In this document: in pieces, positions 35,708 through 49,900 of the stretch | How the letters are laid out: the number at the start of each line of letters is the position of its first letter | Numbering within the stretch: the stretch's first letter is position 1 | Assembly (NCBI GenBank): GCA_001643675.2 | Contig: LSRY02000001.1 | Coordinates: 930,001-994,000 of the forward strand | Source: Monocercomonoides exilis PA203 | Lineage: Eukaryota > Protista > Preaxostyla | Length of the DNA: 64,000 nucleotides | Direction of reading: 5' to 3' | Position numbers and translations under genes: made by a program | The notes under the pieces: generated by a model | Databases searched by the model: none | What the model saw: the letters and a program-made list of their open reading frames with translations, nothing else | Told to the model about the DNA's origin: nothing

Positions 35708-38700
35708 ATGGTTTACCGATCAGAAATGCTGGATAACATTCCTTATCGATTAATTGAGCCAGGGCTTGCAAATAAGATAGTCAATGCTCAAATCAAGGAT
35801 CAAGTCCACACGCCTTATAAACAACGAAAATTATCCTTAAGATTTTTTGCTGGTTACCTTTGGCAAACTTTAAATCTAAATTATCCTGTGTCGTTTATGG
35901 TCCTTGCTTTTGCAGTGAATATGTTTTTTCTGTGTGATATTAATATTTATTTTTATTGAAATGCTTTTTTGGAAATTTTATTGAATTTTATTCAAAATTT
36001 AAATACCAGGTACAATTCATCTTCTTCAACTTCTGTATGGTTCCTACCAATAAAATTTATGTGGACCGCAGCCATAACTATTCCAGTTCTTTTGATGATG
36101 CCTTTTGTAACATCGACAGAAGAAGAGTATTTTATTTCATTTTTTTCAATTTTCTCAATTGTCACTTATTTTAACAAGCATTGAGGATGGAGCCAAAGGC
36201 TTTAAGGAGTTTTTCGAATCAATTTTTCCATCATTGCCCACGAAATACTCGCCTCATTCAACAAAGTTTCCGCCAACTTCGCGTTTTCGAAAAATTTTGC
36301 GTGGAGTTCAAGCTTTGATTTTCATTGCTGTTCTGATAGCAATAGCAAGATTCCAAAAAACAGCTCTATTTTTAATAGGTATTTCGATTATTTATTTCGG
36401 TTAAACATTCAAAAAAATTGTTTGATTAATGAAAAATATTTTCAATATTTTAGCGAATTTTGTGCTTTTAGCTCCAGCCCTTATAAGGTTTTCCATTTTA
36501 CCAGATGTTAGCACACTTCCTTCGTACATTGCTTACGTTTGCTTTTTTCTCTTTTTTGCTTCAAAAATAAAATCTGATAATTGTTTGTTCATATTATAAA
36601 TCAATTATTACGCTATTGACAACAATAGTACGCCGAAGAAGTTTTATCGCAAATATTTGGGAAAGACTTTTTACTAAGTTTGTATACATACTTTATCATC
36701 TTTGAAGCAATGCGTGCATTTAATTCATTATTTATTATTATTCCAAAAAATAATTAAAATCTAAATATACCTCATCATTTCGAAAAATAATATTCAATAA
36801 CCTTTATCATTATCATTATCATTATCATTATCATTATCATTTACAATTTCAGCAAGCACAGACAAACAGCTCCTCGCCTCACTCGCAAGCGAAGGGTTGC
36901 AAAGCGACTCTCATCTCACCACTGCGCACAAGCCTGGAGAAAACATCAAAATTGCCAAGTCATCCGAAATCGAGAAGAAGCAGAAGAAGAGCCGGCGAAC
37001 ATCGCAGCTGACGAAAGCAGCAGAAGATGTGCTGAAGAGAGAGAGGGAGATTGAGCGGGAGAGAATGCGGGAAGCAGAGCGGCTGAGGAGTAGAGAGAAA
37101 GAGGAGGCAGGGGTGAGGGCGAGGGAGCGGGAGGAGAGGAGGAGGCAGAGAGAGGAGAGGATGGTGGAGAAGATGAGAGAGGAAGAGAGGAGGAAGAGGC
37201 AGGAGGAAGAGGCAGCAGAGAGGGAGAAAGAGCGGATGTGGAAGGAGACGGAGGAGAGGCAGTGGAAGGACGTGCTGTTCAAGCTGTACCAGAAAGAGAG
37301 GGAAGCAGAGAACAGGTTGATTCGGGAAGAGCTGCTGAAGGAAAAGGGGGTGAAGCGAGAGAAGAAGAGAGAGAGGAAGCAGAGACAGAAAGTGAGGAAG
37401 CAAAAACTGAGGGAGAATCAAGTGAGGCTGCGGGCAGCTGTGATTATACTCAGCTGGTGGAGGCGGCAGAAGGCAGTGAAGATGATCAAAGCAGAGAAGG
37501 AAAGGAAAGAGGCAGAGAAAAGGATGAAAGAAGAAGAAGAGAAGAGAGAGTTAGAGAAGGCGAATAGAGAGAGGAGGGAGGAGGAAGAGCTGAAGAGGCA
37601 GAAGAAAGCGGTGGAGCGTATAGAGTGGGTGTGGAAGAACAGGCTGGCAATGATAAGAGACCGATTAGAACTAGAAAGATTGAGGAAGGAGAAAGAGCAA
37701 AAGGAAGAAGAGGAAAAAATAAGGAAGCAAGAAGAGGAGAAGATGGAGGCAGAAGACGAGAAAGTGTGGAGTGTGATTCGAATGAAAGAGAGGCAGAAGA
37801 AAGAGAAGAAGTACAGAAAGAAGTTTGACAAGCTGTGTTACATTCTCAATTGGTATAAGGGCAGAAAGGAAGTGGCAGAGGCTAAGAGGGAACTGGAAGA
37901 GTTGAGAGTGAAGAAGGCGAAGAAGGACAAAGAACTGAGGCTGAGGAGAGAAGCAGAGGAGAAGAGGCAGATGGCGCAGGAGGAGAGAGAGCTGAGAGGA
38001 AGAGAGGAGAAGAAGAAGAGGCAGCAGAGCTGTGAGGTGCTGTCAGAATACTGGAGACTGTATGAGCAGAAAGTGGAAGCGCAGAAGCTGATGAAGAGCA
38101 TTTTGAAGGAAAAGAAAGAGAGGGAAGAAAGAGAGGCGAAGATGAGGTGTGTGCTGATGGTGGAAGAGTGGTGGCGGTCGGTGCGGAAGACGCAGCGGGC
38201 GAAGAGGGAGCTGCAGCGGATGAAGGAGGCGAAGCAGAAGAGGGAAGAGAACAGAAGAAGGAGAATTGCACTGGATGTGATCACACGGTGGCTGGGCATG
38301 GTGGAGCGAATGAAGAAGGAAAGAGCACAGTATTTGCGGGAGATGGAGGAGAAGAAGAGGAAGGAGGAGCAGGAGAGGGTGGAAGAGGCAGTGGAAACAA
38401 TCACAAGAGTGTGGAGAGGCAGACAGAGAGTGAAGATGGCTGTGAATGAGAGAGAGGTGAGGAGGGAAGAGAGGGAGATGAAGCGGCAAAAGGAAGAGAT
38501 GAAGAAAGCAGTCGATTTCATTTCAGATTGGTGGAAAGGAATGAAGATGGTGCTGATGGCGAGGAAGATGAGGGAGCTGGCAGCGATGGAGAAGAAGAGG
38601 ATGGAAGAAGAGGAGAAGGCGAAGGAGACGGAGGCAGAGCAAGCGAGGAAGGAGAAGGAGAAGGAAGAGAGGGAGAAGAGGGAGAATGAGAGGATAGCTG

Positions 38701-41570
38701 AGCTGCTGCAGAAGATGAAAGAAGACAAAGAGAAAGAGAGGAAGAGGAAAGCAGCAGAGACGATTGTGAGGATTGTGCATGAGTGGAAGAAAGCAGCAGC
38801 TGAACGCAGATTGCGTGTGGAGCTTAGAAGAGCAAGGAAGGAGAGGAGTAAAATGGCAAGGGAAGAGAAATTCATCAGAGAAAGAATGGCGCTGGAGGCA
38901 GAGGAGGAGAGGAAGAGGCAAGAAGAGGAGAAGCAGGAGGCAGAGGAAGAACGGAGGAGAAGGAGAAATGAGCTGAGAATTGTGAACAGGGCAGCGAGGT
39001 TGATTGGGAAGAGCTATGTGAATACGGAGAAGAAGAGGGAGGCGATGGAAGAGTACAAGAAGAAGAAAGTGGAAAGCTGGAGGAGAGACAGAGAGAGGGA
39101 GAAGAGGATGAGGAAGAGGGAGATGGCGCGTCTGCAGCGGCTGGCGAATGCAGAAGAGAGGGAGAGGCTTAAAAGAGAAGAGGAAGAAGAGGAGAAGAGG
39201 AGGATGGAAGAGGAAGAAGCAGAATATCAGATGATGAGGGCGATGGAGGAAGAAGAGGCGAGGAAGAGGAAAGAGGAGGAAGACAAAGTGGCTGAAGAGA
39301 AGAGGCAGAGGATGGAGGCAGCAGCTGCGATTGAGAAGGAGAGGAGGAGGAAGAAGAAAGAACAGCAGGAGGCAGAATGGAGGAGGAAGAAAGAGGAGGA
39401 GAGGAAGAGGAAAGAGGAAGAGGAAGAGGCGAAGAGGAGAAAGGAAGAAGAAGAAGCAGCAGCAAGAAGGACGAGGAGGAAGAAAGAGGAAGAAGAGGAA
39501 ATTGAAGGAGAAGAAGTGGAAATAGATTTGGATTTGGATATGGATGAGGAATTGGACGAAGAGGAAGAGGAAGGAGAGGAAAGAGGAGAAGGAAGAGAAA
39601 AAGAGAAAGGGAAGATGAAGGCAACAGCTGTGGAAGTGGCTGAGGTGAGGAAGCCGACATTAAGAAAGGAAGAAGAAGATGGAGAAGAAGTAGAGCTTAG
39701 TGAAGTATTAGGTGATGAAGAAGACGAAGAAGACGAAGAAGAGAGAGAAAGAGAAGGAAAAGGAAAAAGTGCTTACAAATCCAAAATTCCTCCTCCAATT
39801 CCATCTTTCAGCGAAGATTCTTCATCTTCTTCATCTTCAGGTTCTTCCTCGTCTGAATCCGAAGAGTATCAAATGCCTCCTCCAGCTGTTCCCATCCCGC
39901 CGATGGACGAAAGTGGAGAAGAAAGTGACGAAGAGAACGAAGAGGAGAAGAAACCAGCACCTCCACCGCCAATTCCTGTTATGTCCGACTCTTCTGATGA
40001 AAGCAATTCTTCTGCTTCTTCTTCTTCTGAAGATGAATATGATGCAGTTAGACCACCTCCTCTTCCAGCTGCTGTTTCTTCGTCAAGCGAAGAAAGTTCT
40101 GAAGAAGGAGAAGGAGAAGAAGGGAAGAAAGCTCCACCTCCACCTTTGCCATCGATGGCTGGTGCAGATGAAAGCAGCAGCAGTGAAGAAGAAGAGAGAG
40201 AAAGAGGGGAGAAAATGGCTAAGAAACCAGCACCTCCTCCGATTCCGGAAGATTCAGAGGATGAAAAAGAAGAGGAAGAAGAGGAAGAAGAGAAGAAGGA
40301 GAAAGAGAAAGAGAAGAAGAAGAACGATATGGATGAGAAGAGGAAGGCGATTGCAGCATCGTTCCTTGAAATGAAGCTGAAGAACGAGCTGAAGGAGAAG
40401 CAGAAGAAAGAAGAAGAAGAGAAGAAGAAGAAGAAGTTGGATGTGGAGAAAGCGAAAAGCAAAGAAGAAGAAGAAGAGGAGGAGGAGGAGAAGGAAAGAA
40501 AGAAGAGGGAGAAAGAAAAAGAGGAAGAAGAAGAGAGAGAAAGAGAAAGAATTGCGAAAGAGAAAGAAGAAGAAGAAGAAGAAGAAGAAGAGAGAAAGAA
40601 GAAAGAAGCAGAAGAAGCAGAAGAAGAGAGGAAGAGGAAAGAGCAAGAGCAAAGATTACAAGAACTGGAGAAGAAGAAAGCAGAACTTCTCAAAAAGAAG
40701 GCGATGCTTGAAAAGATTAAGTATGGCAGGGCATTAAATGGCTCTGATTCTTCTTCTTCTCTTCTGCCTCCGCTGACACCAGGAAGGAAGAAGAAGAAGA
40801 AGAAGAAGAAGGCGAAGAAAGGGGTGAAGCTGATGGGAACTGGAGGAAGTGCTGATTTGCAGCTGGAAGGAGGAGAAGGAGAGGGAGGAGAAGGAGAAGG
40901 AGAGGGAGAAGGAGGAAATGAGAGAGAGGAAGAAAGAGAAACACCTTCACTTCTTTCTTCTTCGAGCACAGCTGCTCTTCATTCGATGGCATCTTCAGCG
41001 TCTTTAGCTTCTCTTTCTTCTCTTTCTTCTCTTGTTTCGTCGGCTTCGATGAAAAGCCCTGCGGAACAGAGGCAGATTCTGAGGGAGATGAAGAAAGAGT
41101 GTGCGGTTATAGCAGCAGCAGAAGAGGAAGCAGCAGCAGAGCAGCAGAAGAAGGAGATGAAAGAGATCAAAGAGAAGATAGCGAAGAGGTCAGTGAGCAG
41201 AAGAGAGAGAGAGGCAGAGAGAACGAAAGAGCTGAATGACGAGAAGAAGAAGAATGTGCATGACTTGGGGATGATGAAGGTGCAGGTGAAGAGGCAGCTG
41301 AGAGAGAGAGAGGGAGAAGGAAGAGGAGAAGGAGGAAGAGGAAGAGGAAGAGATGAAACAAGCCGTCCTCCTTCTCCTTTTGAAGCGACGTATTCATTGA
41401 ACAGTGTGTTTGATTCTCGGTCTAACAGTTCTTCTTCTCTTTCCTCTTCCTCCTCCTCTTCATCTTCTTCTGCCTCTTCTTCTTCATCAGGCTCTGGCGA
41501 TACTACTTTGTCACAGTATCCTTCACAGGGAAGGAGAATTCACATCACAGACATCTCAATACAATCTTAA
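35708..41570 (+). CDS. ~1790-aa protein: N-terminal hydrophobic (multi-TM) region, IQ-like repeats within an E/R/K helical rod, and Pro/Ser-acidic repeats; 6 exons
   Basis: Five GT-AG introns (35923-36009, 36127-36178, 36379-36453, 36537-36628, 36678-36852) each keep the frame and link the small upstream ORFs to the 1557-codon ORF. Confidence 0.8.
36803..36841. repeat. (TTATCA)n hexanucleotide repeat in intron 5
   Basis: About 6 tandem copies seen directly. Confidence 0.85.
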
Positions 41571-42878
41571 TGTTAGCTGGTTTTTTTTTCTATTCTTTTT
41601 CTCTTTTCTCTTTCTCTCTTTATCTTTTTTTATTGTGTTTTCGATCTATCTTCAATTATGTGTTTATTTTCGTTCTCCCTCTCTCTTTCTCTTTCTCTTT
41701 CTCTTTCTCTCTCTTCCATTTAATAAACAATAATGTTCCTTCTATTTCAATTGGACAATTTAAGTGAAAATAAAAAAAATTGTTGGATTTTATTCATTCT
41801 GTGTGCAATTTTCGTCTTTTTCTCTTTGTCTTTGCGTGTGCCTTGTTTATTTAGCTGAAGATGAAATTGGTTTAATCAAAACATTTCCTTTTATTTTTTT
41901 TTTTTTTATTTTTTCATTTTTTAAATCTTCTTCTATGTGTTTTCATTATTCTTGTTCATATCATCCAAAAAGAAAATAAAAGAAAATTAAAGAAAGAAAG
42001 AAAGAAATCATCACAATATTAACAATTCTTCAAATGTTTTAATGAATTTGGTTTTATTATGTTTTTGATTTTCCTTTTTTTCCCCCTTTTTTTTATTTAT
42101 TAATTATTATTATTGTTTTTGTTAATATCTTCAACAATGTTTCATATCTCTCCAAATTATTTTCGCTTCCTGCATTCAAAAATGGTTTATTTTATTTTTA
42201 TTTTATTTTTATTTTATTTTTATTTTCTTCAAATACATTTTTTTTTTTATTTTATGTTTTGGAACATTTTGTTTATATTTTATTTTTTTATTTTCCTTTT
42301 ATCAAATGAAGAATTGTACTTGTACTGTGTTTCTGTCCGCACTTTTAGCTTTTTCATATCATTGTCCATTTCTCTGAAGAATGCAATTATCTTCATTGAA
42401 TAAATTGAATTCATTTTTGTTTTTAAGAAAAACTCGTTAATTCATATGACAATCAATTGGTTTCCAAAATCACAATTTCTCTTCTCAAAGAAAATGTTTC
42501 AAATTAATAGAATAACCAATCTTTTTGTTAAAAGAATTGAAATTGAAAAGATTTGAAGCTCAATCTCAGACATCCAAACTTATTCAATGAGTGAAAATTT
42601 TTTGAAGAAAAATTTGATCATTCGTCCCAGATTTTTCGCATGCGGAAAGGAATAACAAATAAACAAACCATTTCATTTCATTTGAATTATATTATCAAAA
42701 CAAGAAAATCTGAATTGTCGTTTCAACTAATTCTGATTATGGCGTGTTTCGATCGTGTCCATAATGCGAATCTGATTGAATTCAGATAAAGGGTGAAAAA
42801 ATGCAGTATATAACCAATTTCAAAAGTTAAAAATGAATTGAAAAACTTTCAGTCTGATTTAGTCATTCATTTTCAAGA

Positions 42879-43592
42879 ATGTTTTCAAACGCTTGTATTT
42901 CTGTGACACCTACCAGCCCTTCTCCTGTTCGAACAATGCTTTCGAAAGATGAAAAACCAGTTGGTTCAATTGAATTAATTATTGGCCCAATGTTCAGCGG
43001 AAAGACAACAGAGCTCATGAGAAGGATTCGAAGACATTCTTTGGGAAAAAGAAGTTGCGTTGTTATTAAATACAAAAAGGATTGCAGATATTCTGAAGAT
43101 AAACTCAGCACTCATGACAGGTCGATGTGCGAGGCTATTTCATGCAGCAGACTTCAAGAAGCTGAGAATTTCGTTAAAATGGCAGATGTAATTGGAGTTG
43201 ATGAAGGACAATTTTATCCTGATTTATTGGAATTTTGTGAAGCTCAAGCAAATGATGGAAAAATTGTTATTGTATCCGCTCTTGACGGAACTTTCCAAAG
43301 GAAGAGATTTAATGACGTTGTTGACCTCATTCCAATGTGCGAATCGGTTGTGAAGTTAACTTCTGTGTGCATGATTTGTGGTGGAACAGCAGCCTTTTCC
43401 AAAAGAATTGTTGCAGACAAATCTGTGGAGCTTGTCGGTGGAGCTGAAGCTTACACGGCTGTTTGCAGAAAGTGCTATTTTGATTTGGACAAAAAACCTT
43501 CTCCTATTAACACTGAATTAGTCGAAAAAGTCTGCGAGAATGAAGTTTTGAGCAATCCTCTGACCCCTCCACTCGTTTCGGAAGAAGCTTGA
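42879..43592 (+). CDS. TK1: Thymidine kinase (TK1 type)
   Basis: P-loop GPMFSGKTTEL, Walker B VIGVDEGQF, ALDGTFQRK, Zn ligands CMIC and CRKC, and the lasso VGGAEAY. Confidence 0.97.
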   Translation: MFSNACISVTPTSPSPVRTMLSKDEKPVGSIELIIGPMFSGKTTELMRRIRRHSLGKRSCVVIKYKKDCRYSEDKLSTHDRSMCEAISCSRLQEAENFVKMADVIGVDEGQFYPDLLEFCEAQANDGKIVIVSALDGTFQRKRFNDVVDLIPMCESVVKLTSVCMICGGTAAFSKRIVADKSVELVGGAEAYTAVCRKCYFDLDKKPSPINTELVEKVCENEVLSNPLTPPLVSEEA

Positions 43593-43932
43593 GAATTTGG
43601 TAAACATTTCATTTCAGCAATTCATCAAGCATATGATCATTTCAATTGTTTTTAAACTTTTTGTTATTCATTTCTAAATTGTTTATGACTTTTATTTTTG
43701 TGTTTTATAAATCTTTCTATAAGTATCGTTAAGACTTTGTTCAAATTAATTCAGATTTTTTTATGAAAACTGTTTATTGGCTAAAAGAGAAAGAAAAGAG
43801 CGATTCGTGGATTTTTTCCTGTGCAAATTAGATGCTCATTATTTTCTTTTATTTTGAAGAAAAAAGGAGGTGGTAATAAGTAGTTTTAATCCAGAACCAA
43901 TTATTTCTGCCCATTACTTTTAATGTTTGAAA

Positions 43933-46900
43933 ATGTTTATTTTCATTTGTTGCCTTTTTTCGATAATTTCGCTCATTCGTTGTGTTGAAACCAATTTAAA
44001 TGGATCCTCATTGTTTGGAAATTCTCAAACCTTTATTTTGGATGATGAAAGTCGTGCTCTTCAGGAAATTGATAATAAGTTTTTCTTGAGTTTCAGTAAA
44101 TGTTGTTCAGATGAAGTTAACTTATCAAAGAAAGTGTCAATATCTTCACACATTTCATTTAATAACTCTGATGGAATATCATTTTGCTCTCGTAATTCTT
44201 TGCCTCGTTCAAAGGTTTTTTTGCAAATGTCACAAACAATCAAAGAAAACGAAATTTCTCTCATCATCAACTGGAAAACATTGTGTTTTTATAACGTTGA
44301 TATTTGTTCAATTTTGGGAAGCTCTTTATCTGCTTCTTTCATGCCTCCATCTTTCATTTCTTCATTTTTCAAAATTAATATATCTTTCTCTCAGCTTTCA
44401 TTCAAACATGATTTTCTATTTTGTCAGCCATTTCATTTTTTGTACGTGCAAAATGGAGAGCTTTTCCTAAATTCTGTTAATTCCTCATTTTGCCAAGGGA
44501 TAGTTGCTTGCTCTTTAATCACATGTTACGATTATACATCAGTTGCATCACAGAAAACAGCATTTTTGAGTTATTCTTTGAATCATGGATCTTTGATTGA
44601 AATTCCAAAACATAAAATTGAATTGAATTGTTGTGATTTTAGTGACACAACTACAAGAACAGCGAGTCTAATTGAGTTTTGCGCTGGAAATGACACCCTT
44701 GAGGTTGACATCAATAATTGTTCGTTTGTTAATTGCTCGTGTCTTGAAACTCAAAATGGAGGTGCTTTGCACTTTTCCAGCCAGTCGGCTTGCTCATTTT
44801 TGAGCATCAACACATCATTCTTTGACAAATGTTCAAGCCCAAATGGAAAAGGAGGAGCCTTCAGCGTAGATTTTCCATCGTCAAACAGAATTAAGATTCA
44901 TCAAACTTCAGTATTTGGTTCTCAGAATAGTGCAATTTGTGGACAATCGTTTTACATATGCTGTAACAATCTTTTTGAAATAGTTGAATCAAATAAAGAT
45001 TTTTTCAATCAAAAATCTCTTGCACAAGTGCAATTTCCATTTACGCTTCATTCTTGCAACATTTTACACAGTCAATTCTGGGGAAATGATGACATTTTTA
45101 CAGAGCCTGTTTCGTTGTACTTGTTAGCTTATAAAAGTGGTTTTTGCTCATTTTGCAGTGAATTCTATTCTGATGAAAAGGAAGAGCTGAGAAGCCATCA
45201 CGATTCTTCTTCATTTGCAAGCGAGGAACGACATACAGTTCATTTTTCTAATCCCTCTCACCCAACAGTACCAAAACATGTTCCAACTGTTGTTGTGTCT
45301 GAAAATGGAAAAGATGCCGACGATTGTGGGAAGGAAAATACACCTTGTGCTACACTTCACAAGGCCATTGCAAGATTGGATCATCTTGCTGCAAACCCAA
45401 CCATCCAAATAAAAGATCAAGTGGATGTCTCAAAAGAAGTGCAAATCGATTTATTGACTATTCTTGTTGAAGGAATGGATAATGTTAACACAAAATACCG
45501 CATCTCTTTGAACAAAAATCTTGTCACTGACGATGAACAAGGCACAGCAATACAGCTTGCCAGCAGCGTAATAATGAAACAGGTGGAGATTGTTACGCCT
45601 TCTTCATTTTCAAATCACAATCACGCCCCAACGACGATTATTCTCTGTGGAGATGGCTCTTTTACAGCTTTACTCAGCCATGTGACGTTTATAATTGAGG
45701 AAAATTCCAACGAAAATGAAGAATTTTTAAGCAATGAAATAATGCAATCAAAAGATCATTTATACAAAGAAGAAGCCAACAGATCTCCGACACCCGCTTT
45801 ATTCAAAGAAGCTCAACTTCTGTATTACAATTTTTTCACAGTTATGTCTGGCAACCTTATTCTCGAATGTTGTTCGCTTGATTGCTCGAACACAAACATT
45901 GAATTCGGAGAATCTTTTCTGCTGGATTATGCCCAGGACTCATCTTTGATTCTCACGCAATGCAGCTTTTCATCAATTAGCCAGTCGGAGGGAAGCTTGA
46001 TTTTCAACAAGCACGGACCAATCAGCTTGAACGGAACAGTGTTTAAAGATATCACCTCCAAAAAGAAGATGACAGACGGCTCTGGAGGAGCTGTTATTTC
46101 TGGATACGACACAAAGAAGAGTCTGGGCGTTATCATCGAAAACTGTTCGTTTGACGGCTGCTCCACGAGCCAGGCAACAAACGGAGGAGCTGTTTTTCTG
46201 GAGTCTTCTTTTCGGGACTCTTCGTTTGAGTGCAGAAAGAACGTGTCTGTGAAAAATTGCAAGTGCGAGCGCAACGGCGGAAAGGGCGGTGGAATGTACC
46301 TTCAGTTCTACCACACCAATCAGATCTCGTTTTCGAAGGAAATGAAATTCTTGAATAACTTCGCATCGATTGGTCATCACCTGTTTATTTATTGTATGTC
46401 TATTCCTTCGCTTGTGAATGCGACGTCTTTTTCGTTCATTGCGAATGACAACTCTTTGAGAAATGAGGCAAATGGGTTCATGGGAATAGGGCTGGAGCAA
46501 GATGTTAAAGAAAACCTCGATTTTCTCTGGTTCATTATCGGATACAAAGGAACGAATGTCTGCCTTTCAGACGATGGAAACGACGATCTTATTTATTGCG
46601 GATCAGCCATGGCCCCTTGCCTTACATTGGAAAAAGCGAAAGAACGATTTTCGCACACAGCTGATGAAGAGACCAAGATTATTTCTGTTTCAATGACTTT
46701 TACGCTTCCTTGTGATTACAAATGGGTGCATGCCGCAAAGAATGAAGAGATTGGGGAAAATGTTGAGGAAGAGATATCATCAACTTCTGCTTTGAACGTA
46801 AATTTCAAGAACGTCAAGCTGAATTCTATTTTGAAAAACGACCAGCCATTTCTGATTTTCCAGAGAAGTGTAGTTATGAATAGCGAGAGCACAGGATATA

Positions 46901-49900
46901 TCAACAACCCAGGCAATATGGAAATTGAAGACTTGCATTTTCGAGCTCCGAGTGCTTTTGAATCAAACGCTCAAAAAGGCAGTCCTGTTCCCACAGCACT
47001 TGTCAGCTCAGCTGTTGAAGACGGGTCTTTGAAAATGAACCACTTGACGATTGTTATTCTGAAAAAAACGGATTCAGACGATGCTTCTGCAATTGAGCAG
47101 CAGGACTACTCCATCGTCCGAGTTGAAAGAGGCACATTCAAAATGGTTGACCTGACAATTGACCGCTATTCACGCCCAGTGTTTTTGAGACCCTTGTTCG
47201 ATCTGGGAGCTGAAGTGAAGGTGGAGAGGCTCGACACGATGTTTATTTATAACACCACAAACTACATGTCATTTGTTACACCTAATACACATCAACTGGA
47301 AATTGGACCGTTGACGCTTTATTACGATATTGCTGAAAATCAAGCATGGATTAACTCAGTGGAGACAGAGGAAACGGTTAATTTTAGGATTGCATTCATT
47401 CTTTCTTATTTCTGTGAGTGCGGTAACGGTGTTGATGGCTGTTTGTTTCACATCGGCAGATGCGGAAAAGGAAGCTCGGTTCGTATATCCAACTCAGTGT
47501 TCACAAAAATTATCTCAACTGGATCAGGAGGACCGATTTTTGCAGACATTGAAGGGAACGTGACGCTTGAGATTTTTGACTGCGATTTTGAAGGGTGTGG
47601 GTGCAAAGATGGAGGAAACGGAAATGGCGGATGTGTTTATGTGCGGCTGACGGATACTTCACTTTTGAAAATAACTGACTGCTCATTTTACAATTCTTTT
47701 GCATTGAATGGTGGGTCCATTTATCTCTTTCTTGCAAAGTCATCTAAACAGGAATTATGTGAAACTCTAAAATATAACGAATGGAGCGAAAATACAACAG
47801 GAAACTTATGCAAAGATTTGCAGAACAGCTCAGACAGCAACAATTCTGAATACTTCTTCAATGAAGAAATTCATGAGAACAATGAATATGAAAGCAAAGC
47901 AACTCAGGAGAACAAGACCTTATCAGATGGGAATTGCATATTCACTTGCTGCTACTTTAACAACTGCACTTGCAATGTCAGTGGTCCTTTGCTTTTTTAC
48001 AGAACACACCAAACATATAGGGAAGCAGTGAACCCTTTTGATGAAAAGTCTTTTGGCTCCGACAATCAAAACCAAATCTTCATCGAAGCCAGCGATAAAA
48101 GTGATTATGATGCAGATTGGCTGCACTTGGGCTCGACTCAGCGCTTTGTGAGTCAAAATCATGGAATCGATAGCGAATACTGCGGAATCCCCCAAAGCAC
48201 ACCGTGCAAGACAATCAGCGAAGCGGTGAAGAACAGCCCGATCTGGCTGCGCTGCTTGGTGCAAGTTGTGGAGAAGGAGTATGTTCTCACTGAAGGGCCA
48301 GTCAGAATTGACTTTGAATGCGGCGAGGTCAGCTGCAGCTCCGCAGGATTCACAACGATTACTTCCAACTTGGAGAAAAACTGTGAGTCGCTATTTGTTT
48401 TCTGTGGAAAGTCCTCAATTGACTTTAAGTTTTTTGATTTATCGTTCAACAACACTCGAGATACTGTTAGAAGGTGCTCTTTTATGAGTGTCGTTGAGCA
48501 TTCTTTTGTGTCGTGCTACTCATTGACAATTTCTGCACTTTCAGACGAGTCTTTCGAGGTGAATTTTGTTCGAATTGAAGAAGGTTCAATGGCTATGAAC
48601 AATTCAATTTTTGTCGGACTGCGTTTGTCAAACAGTTTGGTCAAGTCAACCAACGCAGATATAATTTATTATTCACTCACAAACATAACTGCCTGCTCTA
48701 CAAGTTCAAAAAGCGACTCTTTAGTTGCTATTCATCATGAAGACAAAGGATCGTCGTGCGAAGTACTGTTTGAATATTGCACTTTTACGAAAGCATTTGC
48801 AGATAACAACGAGAAAGGAGGATTATTGTTCTTGGATTACACTTCGCGCTCTCAAAATTTTAAAATTAGTAAGAGCGTTTTGAATAACGTTTCTTGTGAG
48901 AGTAAGGAATATGGAAAAGGAGGAGGTTTGCATATTGTTGGGCATGCAGACGGAAAAGAATCAATAAATGTACATCTGAACAGCATTGAATTTTTGTCGT
49001 GCAGCGCTTTTCTTGGCAAGGATATTTTTATTCTCTGCCCAAGGAAGGAGTTTATGACTCCGTTTATGTGGAATTTTGACATGGAGCCGATGTACAACCA
49101 AGACAACATGATGATGCTGCAAACAACAGAAGAAGGAAACGAAGACATTATTGATCTAATGAAGTATCCTTCCGTGCTGCTTTTCAAGTCGAATGAGCTG
49201 CACGTGTCTGAAGGCGGCGAAGATTCCATCAGATGCGGATTGAAGCAGTTTCCTTGCTGCACCATCAACGAGGCTATTTCTCACTGCGTCGAAGGAGAGT
49301 CGTGCATCATATCTGTCGATGGAATCACTGAAATGTTTGATCATCTTGACCTGACGATGACCACTCCGATCATTTTCACTTCTCTCTTTTCGCAAGAAGC
49401 AGCAGAGATTTTCACGCCCAGCGCAATCAGCTCTTTGGAAAATACAATAGTGCGATGTACGGGCCTGTGTGATTTTAATAATGTTTGTATCCTTTATGAA
49501 TGCATAAACTGCGATGATTGTGTGCTTTTGTATTGTTTTGGCGGAGAGCTGTCAATTGTCAAGTCTAAAATAGCGCCTTCCCCTCACTCAGGAGAAGGAT
49601 CTGTGCCAAGCCCGCTCATTTTAGTCTCATCAGGAATATTGTTCACTCGAGATCTGACAGTCGTGGGTATAAGCAGCGATTCCTTTTCTCGCTCCACGGA
49701 AGCTTTTTCACCTCGTTCGAGCGTTGTTCCTGATGGCTCACAAAAAAGCAGTGGAATGCATAAACATTTCGATTTGAGCAACGGCCGAGATAATTTTGGT
49801 AATATTCATTTCATCAATAGAAATTTCATTGGTGATCAAAGTTTTAATAATCTCGGCTTAAAAAGTCATTCTTTGTATAGGTCTTCATTTTCTTCTCTTC

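Noticed and set aside
30249-41733. Many antisense and alternate-frame ORFs rich in poly-S/F/L/E
   Set aside because: These are shadows of the stop-poor GAA/TCT low-complexity coding strand, with no independent evidence.
41570-42403. Phe/Ile-rich short ORFs resembling membrane proteins
   Set aside because: These are translations of T-rich intergenic/UTR sequence; the same applies to 14135-14378, 15566-15847 and 51142-51351.
42879-43592. Thymidine kinase as a marker of an endogenous virus
   Set aside because: No capsid, packaging ATPase or polymerase genes lie nearby, and the flanks are ordinary host genes.
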